Assembly: GCF_006345805.1 (NCBI RefSeq)
Contig: NC_043016.1
Coordinates: 11,036,001 to 11,100,000 of the forward strand
Direction of reading: 5' to 3'
Length of the DNA stretch: 64,000 nucleotides
From: Octopus sinensis
Taxonomy: Eukaryota
Position numbers and translations under genes: made by a program. Positions 52,961 through 64,000 of this stretch are shown here, in pieces. The first letter of the stretch is position 1. The number at the start of each line of letters is the position of its first letter. The notes beneath the pieces are model-generated. The model was not told the DNA's origin and did not search any database. It saw nothing but the letters and a program-made list of their open reading frames with translations.

Positions 52961-53961
52961 GGATTCTATCAAAATCATTAATAATCCACTCTACTATTGG
53001 CTCAAAATTCAAAATTTGGTGGGAAAAGGAGTTAATCAATTTCATTGATCCCCAGTATTCAACTGGTACTTATTTTGTCAACCCCCAAAAGGATGAAAGA
53101 CAAAGCTGATCCTGACAGAATTTGAACTCAGAACATAAAGATAGGTAAACTGCACTAAGTATTTTATCCGACATGCTAACAATTCTTTTCTACACTAGGG
53201 ACAAGACCCGAAATTCTGGGGGATGGGGTCAGTCGATTAGATCGACCTGAGTACACAACTGGTACTTAATTTATTGACCCCAAAAGGATGAGAGGCAAAG
53301 TCGACCTCGGCGAAATTTGAACTCAGAATGTAAAGACAGCCGAAATAACACTAAGCATATCGCCCGGCGTGCTAACATTTCTGCCAGCTTGCCGCCTTAC
53401 CAAGCTGCCAGTAATGTTTCAAAGTTTGGCACAAGACCAGTAATTCTGGAGGAGGAGGAGGTAATTTGTTTACATCAAATACCAGTGCTCCGCTGGTGCT
53501 TATTTTATTAAGTCTTAAAGGAGGAAAGGTTTAGTTGACCTCGGCGGAATTTGAACTCAGAATGTGAAGAAGGATGAAATGCCTGTTAAGCTTTTTGCCC
53601 TATATGCTAACAATTCTGCCAGCCCACCATTTTTGCCAAGCCTCTAATAATCCTTTCTATTAAGGGCACAAAGTGTGAAATTTTGAAGAAGGGGATAAGT
53701 CGATCACATCGATCCCAGTAGGCAACTAATAGACTTGGTGCTTCAACTTAAGTACCTAATTCAACTAAATCTCAATTATTTCTTAACTCATCAACCAAAC
53801 CTACATAGAGAAGAAGAAGAAGAAGAAGAAGAAGACGAAGAAGAAGAAGAAGAAGAAGAAAAAGAAGAAGAAGAAGATGATGATGAAGAAGAAGAAGAAA
53901 AAGAAGAAGAAGAAGAAGAAGATGAAGAAGAAGAAGAAAAAAAGAAGATGAAGAAGAAGTT

Positions 53962-54004
<43 letters not shown>

Positions 54005-55227
54005 AAACTTCTTAGCATAAACTCCTTTTTCGTATACATGCATGAATGGGCAGTTGTGGCTATCATAAAAAAGCTCACATTGTAACCATCCATTTGCATA
54101 CAGGGCTGATCTGTGAGTGAATATGACAGATGGAAACTGTGTGGAATCCCGTGATGTATGTATGTGTGTATATGTGTGTGCATATCTTTGGGCTTGTATT
54201 TGTCCTCTCCCCCTATTTGACAACTGTTGTTAGTTTGTTTACATAGCCATAACATAGCAGTTCTGTAATAGAATAATTACCAGGACAAGCATCAGACATA
54301 ATTATTGGGATCGATTTGTTTTGCTAAAACCCCTCAAAGCAATGCCCCAGCATGGCCACAGTCCAATAACTGAAACAAGCAATGTAAAGCAAGCACTTGT
54401 GGTAGTACCATGTAAAAGCACCCGTGCAGTGCCATGTAAGAAAGCACCCAGCATTTTCTGTATAGTGGCCGGCATTAGGAAGGGCATCAAGCTGTAGAAA
54501 CCATGCAGCAACTCTGAAGGCATACAATTTCAGTGTTGCGTGCCATACACTGTGATTGAACCCATGATCACGTGATTAGGAAGGAAACTTATTAAACCAT
54601 ATAGATCATCATCATCATCATCATTGTTTAGCGTCCGCTTTCCATGCTGGCATGGGTTGGACGGTTCAACTGGGGTCTGGGAAGCCAGGACGCTGTACAA
54701 GGCCCAGTCTGATCTGGCAATGTTTCTACGCCTTGATGCCCTTCCTAACGCCAGCCACTCCATGAGTGTTGTGGGTGCTTTTTATGTGCCACCGGCACAG
54801 GTGCTAGACGAAGCTGGCAAACGAAATTATTGTATAGAGTGCTCAGGTGCACCACAACTTGTCAAAAAGTGCATATAAAGTACATGCAGTAATGTAGAAA
54901 TGTCTGGAAAGCAAACAGTATATGGGTCAGATACATGCTTGCGTGTGTACGGAGGGGAGAAAATCAGGTGTAGTGTTGGCGAATCTCATGAAGCATGGAA
55001 GTTCTGAAGGATGCAAGTGCTCTGACAACTAACAATATGTCTGCCCCTATCTCTACCCTAATATATCTTTTGTTGTTTTCAGTCAATCTGCGAGAAAATT
55101 ATTTTTTCTAATGACAAACTAATTGCAATCAGTACCTCACCATCTCTGCCATTTCCATAACTGTGTAAGTTACAACGTTCTGTTTTTTTTTTTTTTTTCA
55201 TGGGGGGAGGGGACAATTCTATTATTA

Positions 55228-55976
55228 ATAACATCATTACCGTCATTATCACCAGTACCTCCACCATCACCACCGCCAACAGTAACAACATCATCATCCC
55301 ACAATACCATCACTGTCACCGCCGCTTACACTACCACCACCAACACCAACACCACCACCATCATCATCACCTCCACTACCACCAACACCACCACAACCAC
55401 CACCAACAACACCAACAACAACACCACCAATACCAATATCACCACCAGCATCACCATCACTGCCACCACTACCACCAACACTACCACCACCACCAACACC
55501 TCCACTATCACCAACAAAACCACCACCACCACCACCACAACAACAACAACAACAGCAATGCCACCACTAATATCAATATCACCACCAGCATCACCATCAC
55601 TACCACCACCACCACCACCAACACCACTGCCACCACCATTATCACCACCACTGCTGCTGCCAATGCCACCACCACCACCACCAACAACAACACCAACACC
55701 AACACCGCCTGTAACACCACTCACGCCAACACCACCGCCACCACCGCCACCACCGCCACAACCACCACCACCACTACTACCACCTCCACTACCACCACCT
55801 CTACTACCACCAACACCACCACCAATACCAATATCACCACCAGCATCACCATCACTACCACCACCAACAACAACAACACCACCACCACCAACAACAACAC
55901 CACCTGCAACCCTACTCACACCAACACTGCCACCACAACCACCACCACTGCCAGCACCACTACCACCACCAACACC
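55228..55976. repeat. (CAC/CAA)n-rich tract with an internal duplication, just upstream of the gene B exon
   Basis: aatatcaccaccagcatcaccatcact recurs at about 55435, 55575 and 55830. Confidence 0.9.
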
Positions 55977-56307
55977 TTTTCTGTATAATTATCTATTCAG
56001 CAATTTGCTGGCGTGTCAATAACAACAACAACAACAACAACAACAATAATAATTTATAATTATAATCATTTTTTGGAGATTTATTTACTGAATAGACATT
56101 GCAGCACAATTTATGTAAAAAAAAAAGGAGATCAAGGTTGCAGATTAACAGAGAACAAAGGTCATGGATTACCCGGAGATTAGCATATATTTAAAACATT
56201 AATCTGTTAGTTAAACATCGAACCTTTATTGATAGTATCCACAATATCTACATGTGTCTGTCTGTGTCTGCGTGTTTTTCCCAATCAATTTACACCTGAA
56301 GTCTGCG

Positions 56308-56586
56308 ATGCCATCAAAGAAATCAAGACGTGGCTCATCACCGCCTGAAGACAAAAATGCCGCACAACAAAGTTTCCTGATGAAAGTCATAAACATCTTC
56401 CATTTCATTTTGTTTGTATGTTATGGATTGCTATCAACAGCCTGTAGTGCCCTTAAAGGGTACTGGAGAATTATACAGCCCCAGAAGAAAAAGGACATCT
56501 CACAGGAAATTATTCTGGTGACAGGAGGGGGTCGAGGACTTGGCAGAAGACTTGCTCTGGAATTTGCAAAACATTCACCAAAACAG
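56308..56586 (+). CDS. First coding exon of a second SDR16C-family dehydrogenase, gene B (N-terminal hydrophobic anchor plus Rossmann TGxxxGxG)
   Basis: ATG at 56308. It translates MPSKKSRRG...VINIFHFILFVCYGLLSTACSALKGYWRIIQPQKKKDISQEIILVTGGGRGLGRRLALEFAKHSPKQ, then a GT donor at 56587 (phase 0). The P-x-x-K-K-D-I-S-x-E-I-I-L-V-T-G-G-G-x-G-L-G-R-x-L-A-x-E-F-A pattern is typical of RDH10/SDR16C5/HSD17B11. No further exons were recognised in the window. Confidence 0.88.
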
Positions 56587-56916
56587 GTACCAAAAATCTT
56601 TTTTTTTAAATTTTAATGTGTCTTTTATATTATGAAAATACTTATCGTTACCGTTGAAAATATTTTGCAATGTGTTTTACCATCGAATTAGTAGAATTAT
56701 AAGAGTATTGAAAACAAAAACAAAAAAAAAAATACCATGCAGTATTTGATCTGGCTCTTTACATTATGAGTTCAAATCCTGCCACGGTCAGTTTTGCCTT
56801 TCCTCTTTTCTGGGTTGATAAAACAGTCAAATACCATGCTTAATGTAATTGATTTACTTCATCCCGTAAAATTAATGACCTTGTAACAAAATCTGAAACA
56901 ATTATTATTGTTGTTG

Positions 56917-56959
<43 letters not shown>

Positions 56960-58241
56960 CATTAGTGTTGTTGTTGTTGTTGTTGTTGTGAAGGCGCATG
57001 GCTCAGTGGTTAGAGCAGCAAGCTTATGATCGTGAGGTTGTAAGTTCAAATCCCAGTCCAGGCTGCGTGTTGTGTTCTTGAGCAAGACACTTTATTTCAT
57101 ATTCCTCAAATTTATTCAGCTGTAGAAATGAGTTATGACGTTACTGGTGCCAAGCTGTATCGGCCCCTTTGCCTTTCCCTTGGATAACATTGGTGGTGTG
57201 AAGAGGGGAGGCTGGTATGCATGGGCGACTGCTGGTCTTCCATAAACAACCTTGCCCGGATTTGTGTCTGGGAGGGTAATATTCTAGGTGCAATCCCATG
57301 GTCAGTCATGGCTGAAGGGGGACTCAGCATTCCTTGATTATTACTGTTATTATTATCAATTACCATCATCATTACTAATTGGCCCCATGCCATCAAAAAT
57401 GACGGCTAATTGTAGTATTTTATATATAAATAAGGTACATAATAATCACAGATACTAACATTCACACACTTACCTTGTACATACATACACATAAAAACTC
57501 AAACACAGTTGAAATACTATTTGATTTTTCTTTTCAGCATTGAATGTTCACCATCCCACTTCCATTGCACACACGCATACATATACACACAAACACAAAC
57601 ATTCACACACCTCCCTTTTACATACACACACATATACTTACACAGAGTTGAAATGCTGTTTGATTTTGTTTTTTTTCACCATAGAATTTCCAACATCCCA
57701 CTACCAAGTTTGCCATCACCCCTTCCCCTCTCACCCATATATTGTGATGGAGAAAAACACAGGAGTATTATTATAGTAGATGTTTTACATCAAGATGCAT
57801 ATTTAGCATTATATGATACAATTGTATATTCACACAGAGGTGCAGGCATGGCTGCATAGTAAGAAGTTCCTGGGTTCAGTCCCACTGCACAGCACTTTAC
57901 ACAAGTGTCTTCTACAAACCAAAGCTTTGTAAGTGAATTTGCATGACGGAAAGTGAAAGAAGCCCGTCATGTGTGTGTGTGTGTCTGGTAAGCCAGAAGA
58001 CTGTACCTGGCTCCAATCTGATCTGACAATGTTTCTGCAGTTGGATGCCCTTCCTAACATCAACCACTCTGAAAGTGTAGTGGGTGCTTTTTACATGTCA
58101 CTGGCATGAGGGGCAATCAGAGGTACTGGCATCAACTACACTTGAATGGTGCTCTTTATGTGCCACCAGCACAGGAGCCAGTCAGGCGACACTGGCAATG
58201 ACCATGCTCGAATGGTGCTTTTTTTATATATTGATAAATAT

Positions 58242-58292
<51 letters not shown>

Positions 58293-58295
<3 letters not shown>

Positions 58296-60745
58296 ACAGT
58301 GTGTGAGAGAGAATCGTGATGTGGTAGGAGAGAAGTGTGTTCGCATGGAAGATGGTTCACTTCCGCTAAATGAGGATGCGAAGAGAGAGGTTTGGAGATG
58401 CCACTATGAAAGGTTGCTGAATGAAGAAAATGAATGGGATAAAGAGAGTCTGCCGAATGTTGACCCAACAGAGGGACCAGCTATCCGAGTTGATAGTTCT
58501 GTGGTAGCTAAGGCAATTAGAAGCATGAAGACAGGGAAAGCCCCAGGCCCATCAGGAATCACTGCAGAGATGCTCAAAATGTCTGGTAGTGTCGGCTATA
58601 GCCTAGTCACCCATATAGTTAATCAGGTGATACACAAAGGGGTCATACCCAATGACTGGTGTAGCAGTATAATAGTCAACTGCTACAAAGGTAAAGGTGA
58701 TGCCCTAGATACAAATAACTACAGAGGTATCAAGCTGTTGGACCAGGTGATGAAGGTTACGGAGAGGGTCATAGCCCAACTAATTAGAGAGAGAGTTAGT
58801 TTAGATGAGATGCAGTTTGGGTTTGTGCCAGGGAAAAGTACTACTGATGCTATATTCCTGGTAGGCAGCTGCAGGAGAAATACCTAGCCAAAGATAAGCC
58901 CCTGTACCTGGCTTTTGTTGACATGGAGAAAGCCTTCGACAGGGTCCCCCGATCCCTTATCTGGTGGGCAATGAGAAAACTAGGGATAGATGAATGGTTA
59001 GTGAGAGCTGTGCGGGCCATGTATAGGGACGCCGCTAGTAGGTTGAGGGTTGGAAATGAGTACAGTGAAGAATTCCGGGTAGAGGTAGGGGTCCACCAAG
59101 GCTCAGTACTCAGCCCCCTCCTATTTATCATAGTCCTCCAGGCAATAACGGAGGAATTCAAGACAGGATGCCCTTGGGAGCTCCTCTATGCTGATGACCT
59201 TGCTCTAATTGCTGAGTCGCTATCAGAACTGGAGGAGAAGTTTCAGGTGTGGAAACAAGGATTAGAATCGAAGGGCCTCAGAGTCAATCTAGCTAAAACC
59301 AAAGTCGTAATCAGTAGGAAGGTAGACAAATCACAAACACCTTCAGGTAGATGGCCCTGCTCGATCTGTAGAAAAGGTGTAGGTAGAAACTCTATAAGAT
59401 GCACCAAGTGTAAGCTATGGACACATAAGAGATGCAGCAATGTCAAAGGAAGGCTAACTAGGATGGTTTTTGTATGTGGCAGATGCTCAGGAACAATAAA
59501 CACTGAAAATGCTCTGAGACCAACTTCCATCACTTTCCAGGGAGAAAAACTAGAAATAGTTGATAGTTTCCGTTACCTAGGTGACCAAGTCAGCAGCGGG
59601 GGCGGGTGTGCTGAAAGTGTAACTGCTAGAGTAAGAATAGCTTGGGCAAAGTTCAGAGAGCTCTTACCTCTGCTGGTGACAAAAGGCCTCTCGCACAGAG
59701 TGAAAGGCAGACTGTATGATGCGTGTGTACGAACAGCCATGCTACATGGCAGTGAAACATGGGCCGTGACTGCTGAGGATATGCGTAAGCTCGCTAGAAA
59801 TGAAGCCAGTATGCTCCGATGGATGTGTAATGCCGGTACTCACACTCGGCAGAGTGTAAGTACCTTGAGAGAAAAGCTGGACCTAAGAAGCATCAGTTGT
59901 GGTGTGCAAGAGAGACGTTTGCGCTGGTATGGTCATGTGGCGAGAATGGATGAAGATAGTTGTGTGAAAAAGTGCCACACCCTAGCGGTTGAGGGAACCT
60001 GTGGAAGAGGCAGACCCAGGAAAACCTGGGACGAGGTGGTGAAGCACGACCTTCGAACTTTAGGTCTCACTGAGGAAATGACTAGAGACCGAGACCTCTG
60101 GAAGTGTGCTGTGCGCGAGAAGACCCGGCAGGACAAGTGAGTCCACAACCCGTGGCCTTCTACATGGGATGGAGCCAGCCTACGTATGCATACCTTCCTT
60201 CTTGGGACACAAAACTCTACTTGTGAAGACGTGTTGAGGCAAGTGAGGATCAGAATCGAAATCGATCAATGGAAATTGCGGATGTGCTACCAGTGCCGGT
60301 GGCATGTCGAAACTCTGCTTGTGAAGACCCATTGAGGCAAGTGAGGATCAGAATCGAATCGATCAATGGAATCGATCAATGGAAATTGCAGATGTGTTAC
60401 CAGTGCCGGTGGCATGTAAGAGAACTTTCCGTTCGCGACCGTTGCCAGCACCGTTTCGTGTCCGTTGCCAGCCTCGCCTGGCCCTCGTGCCGGTGGCACA
60501 TAAAAAGCACCATCCGTTCGTGGCCGTTTGCCAGCTCTGTCTGGCACCAGTGCGGGTGGCACGTAAAAAGCACCCACTACACTCACGGAGTGGTTGGCGT
60601 TAGGAAGGGCATCCAGCCGTAGAAACACTGCCAGATTTGACTGGGCCTGATGAAGCCTTCTGGCTTCACAGACCCCAGTAGAACCGTCCAACCCATGCTA
60701 GCATGGAAAACGGACGCTAAATGATGATGATGATGATGATGATGA
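58293..60745 (+). mobile_element. Young 5'-truncated RTE-clade LINE (RT, 3' UTR and (GAT)n tail)
   Basis: Motifs GKAPGPSGI, NYRGIKLL, QFGF, DMEKAFD, GVHQGSVLSPLLF, LYADD, FRYLG, GSETW, RLRWYGHV and RGRPRKTW. One frameshift near 58863 (a base missing from VRQLQEKYL). Stop at 60140 and (GAT)n tail at 60721-60745. It starts right after a (TA)n tract and has no endonuclease domain. Confidence 0.95.
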
Positions 60746-60754
60746 TATATATCA

Positions 60755-60982
60755 GCTACCTCTGGCCCCTGTGCCGGTGGTACGTAAAAAGCACCCACTA
60801 CACTCACGGAGTGGTTGGTGTTAGGAAGGGCATCCAGCTGTAGAAACACTGCCAGATCAGACAGGAGTCGAGTGCAGCCTCCTGGCTTCCCAGACCCTGG
60901 TCGGACTGTCCAACCCGTGCTAGCATAGAGAACGGACGTTAAACAATGATGATGATGATGATGATGATGACGATGAAGATGA
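60755..60982 (+). mobile_element. Second copy of the RTE 3' terminal ~220 bp
   Basis: Repeats gtgccggtgg..gtaaaaagcacccactacactc...ttaggaagggcatccagc...gttaaa(gat)n immediately after the LINE. Confidence 0.8.
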
Positions 60983-61659
60983 TATGTATGGAAAAAAAGT
61001 CAAAGTAGAAAATGCTAAAATAATTTTATCATAAAAATCATTTTAATCATTGAGGTTTTTTCAACTCTAAGTATGGAAAACAAATTAAATTTTGGCAAAA
61101 TTAAATGAAAAGTTTTTTAAAAGAATATTTGCATAGTTTCCAAATACAAGGGACATTTTCCTTCTTTCTGCTTGTCTCTGTCTCTCTTGTTTACTCTTGT
61201 GGGTTCGAGGTCGTTGAATATATATATTCTTTTATTTGTTTCGGTCATTTAACTCCATGCAGGAGCACCGCCTTTTGTTGAACAAAATGACCCAGGACTT
61301 ATTCTTCAAAAGCCTAGTACTTATTCTATTGGTCTCTTTTGCTGAACTGCTAATTTACGGGGACTAAACGCAACAACATTGGTTGTCAAGCTATGGTGGT
61401 GGGCGGACAAACACAGACACTAAAACGAATATATATATATACATATATATATATATATCATTATCATCATTATTATATATCTATCTTTCTATCTATATAT
61501 ATAAATGACAGGCTTCGTTCAGTTTCCGTCTGCCAAATCCACTCACAAGGCTTTGATCAGCCCAAGTCTATAGTAGAAGACTCTTGCCTAAGGTACCACG
61601 CAGTGGGACTAAAACTGGAACCATGTGGTTGGGAAGCAAACCACAGCCACACCTGCCCC

Positions 61660-61774
<115 letters not shown>

Positions 61775-62281
61775 TGTATGTATGTATGTATGTATGTATG
61801 TATGTATGTATGTACGTGTGTATATGTATATGCACGTATGGGCATGTATGTATGCATCTATGAATGCATGTGCGTATATCTGTGTGTGCCTTAGTGTCTG
61901 TGTTTGTCCTCCCCATAACTACATGACAACCGATGTTTGTGTGTTTACATCTCAGTAACTTAGCAGTTCAGCAAAAGAGGATTGATAAGATAAGTACTTG
62001 GCTTCAAAAATAAGTCTACAGATCGATTTGGTTGACTAAAATCTCTTCAGGGTAGTGCTGCAGCATGGCCACAGTCAAATAACTGAAACCAGTAAAAGAA
62101 AAAAAAAGGAAAGAATATACACCGGAAGACCATGGAAACATTCAGGATTGAACTCAATGACTGAAAATATTACCCGAGATGGAGAACGGTGGGATTGAAC
62201 CAGCAAACATAGTCACTGAAACAAACTTCTCCAGTGCACAGCCTACACCTGAAGCTATATATCGTATGTCACGATAGACAA

Positions 62282-62503
62282 AGGGTGGCAAGCTGGCAGA
62301 AACATTAGCACGCCGGGCGAAATGCTTAGGGGTGTGTCGTCTGCCGTTACGTTCTGAGTTCAAATTCCATCAAGGTTGACTTTACCTTTCATCCTTTCAT
62401 CATACCAGTTATGCTGTGGGGTTGTGTAATCGACTTAATCCCTTTGTCTGTCCTTGTTTGTTCCTTCTATGTTTATCCCCACCGTGGGCAATAAAGATAT
62501 GAA
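62282..62503 (+). mobile_element. tRNA-type SINE with 17-bp TSD
   Basis: TSD tatgtcacgatagacaa at 62265-62281 and 62504-62520. Confidence 0.88.
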
Positions 62504-63599
62504 TATGTCACGATAGACAAGAATCTTGCGAAGATTTGATGACAGCTATCTTGCATTTATTAAGTACCATAGAAAGAAAATGCGAACGTTGGTACTTAAA
62601 TTTCTCTCGAGTAAGAAGATGTAAGAAAGGAATTGTTGAACCGATTTAGTTTATGAAAGGGGGATTAAAAGAACAAGGTAGAAACAAAAGAATATAAAAA
62701 TTACTTTTTTTTTGTCATAGAATCCAAATGTGACCATTTTGCTCAGGAAAACAAAAAGACTTAAAAAGAAAAGGAAAAGAAAAGAAACGTGTTTTTAAAC
62801 CACAAAAGCTCCTTAATTCTTTTATTATTCTTTTCATGATGTAAAACTAATTGTCTTCAGTTAAATTCTTGAACATAATTCTTCGAAACTGATAACCAAA
62901 ATGAGAACCCTACAATTGTATCTTAAAATAGAAAAGAACGGGATTTTCTTTTCGGGGGAGTGGAACGTTTTCTCATTAATCTTCTTCGTCGTGGAGCCGT
63001 GAAGAATTTTGGTATTATTACATGCCATATAAAACTTCCACTCCCTACAATTGCTCCAAGTACTGCTACAATTAACCACATAATGTGAAGTGACGGTTAC
63101 TTGATGCTCCTTAAGTTGTAATAGTTTTTATAAACTTTTCAGCATTCTAAAGCCCTGTTGTTTTCACTTTTATTCTTACCACCGTATTCTGGACATTGTC
63201 CGGACTGTGCCGAAAGTATTTTGTTTAGAAACACCCTTTGTTTTGCAGGAGGTGTGCATAAAAGAATATTGATTTTCAACAACTTGCGAAAAAAGCAAAT
63301 ATTTTGCCACTTTCCTTATTTATTTAAAGATGGCTGTTAAAGAAGTCCTCATAATGTTCTACAACGACGCGTTCTTTGTCGGAGAAAAGACAGCATAAAA
63401 ACGTAGCAGGGAAATACACTTGGTGACGTCACCGAGGCGAAAACAGTTTGGTCTTTAAGCAGCGTCCAAGTGATTCGGTGATTATGACGACGACAATGAC
63501 AACGGCAGCGGCCACACTAAGCAGCAGTGACCAATAACAACAACAGCAAAAACAACCATATCAACAACGACAACAACAATGATACAACCACCTGCGCTG

Positions 63600-64000
63600 C
63601 AGTGAAGTTTTCCTTTGCGATTACTGCGAGAAATTTGGGAGATTTCCGATGAAGAAGATCTGAAAATGGCCAGGAAAAATTGTTGAAAGGAATGGGAGAA
63701 AAGTAGCCCTAAACCCTCCATCTGATGTGAACGAGAATCTTATGATGTATGAGCATATACCGCTGCACCGGAGTTAAATTACGCCGGGTTGAAAATGCTT
63801 CTGAAAATGCTTCCGGAGCCAAATACAAAAATGTGTTGGTGCGTGTTTGAACTGTTGGAACAGAAGATCCACATCACTCGATAAAAGAAATTTGAAACTA
63901 TTGAGGTGAGATTTAAGACCGAAGAAGAAGTCAGGTGTCATTCCGCGACCACTTTGAGGAATTTTCATTCTTCTTAATCCCCAGCTATTGTGGTCAACGC
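63600..64000 (+). mobile_element. Possible decayed ORF1 of a non-LTR retrotransposon running off the window
   Basis: Coding-like, CpG-richer stretch with stop-interrupted ...KKFETIEVRFKTEEEVRCHSATTL...PSYCGQR. The assignment is tentative. Confidence 0.3.

Noticed and set aside
53735-53965. Acidic poly-Glu ORF
   Set aside because: (GAA)n microsatellite.
55123-56022. 299-aa Pro/Thr-rich ORF (extensin/mucin-like) and overlapping ORFs
   Set aside because: Translations of a (CAC/CAA)n tract that is open in several frames on both strands, with no credible start or splice context.

Overview
AT-rich, repeat-saturated eukaryotic DNA. The mix of SINE, RTE and microsatellite repeats looks like an octopod cephalopod genome; this is an inference from repeat style, not verified. 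Host-gene content is small. The last two coding exons of a + strand SDR16C-type short-chain dehydrogenase (retinol dehydrogenase 10 / SDR16C5-like) lie at 5117-5242 and 15141-15240. The first coding exon of a second SDR16C-type gene on the same strand lies at 56308-56586. Most of the rest is mobile DNA: a young 5'-truncated RTE LINE whose RT carries an in-frame PHD-type (C4HC3) finger, two R4/Dong-like LINE remnants in (TAA)n, decayed mariner transposases and MITEs, two TTAA-flanked piggyBac-type MITE families, dozens of tRNA-type SINEs, Helentron-like short elements and a possible Gypsy LTR. The most unusual signal is a set of about ten hammerhead-ribozyme-like motifs of the kind known from Penelope-like elements. 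Several lie in both arms of fold-back palindromes, and one such palindrome inserted as a unit with an 11-bp target-site duplication. Most ORF-track entries are microsatellite or SINE translation artefacts. No rRNA, true tRNA or CRISPR array was found.
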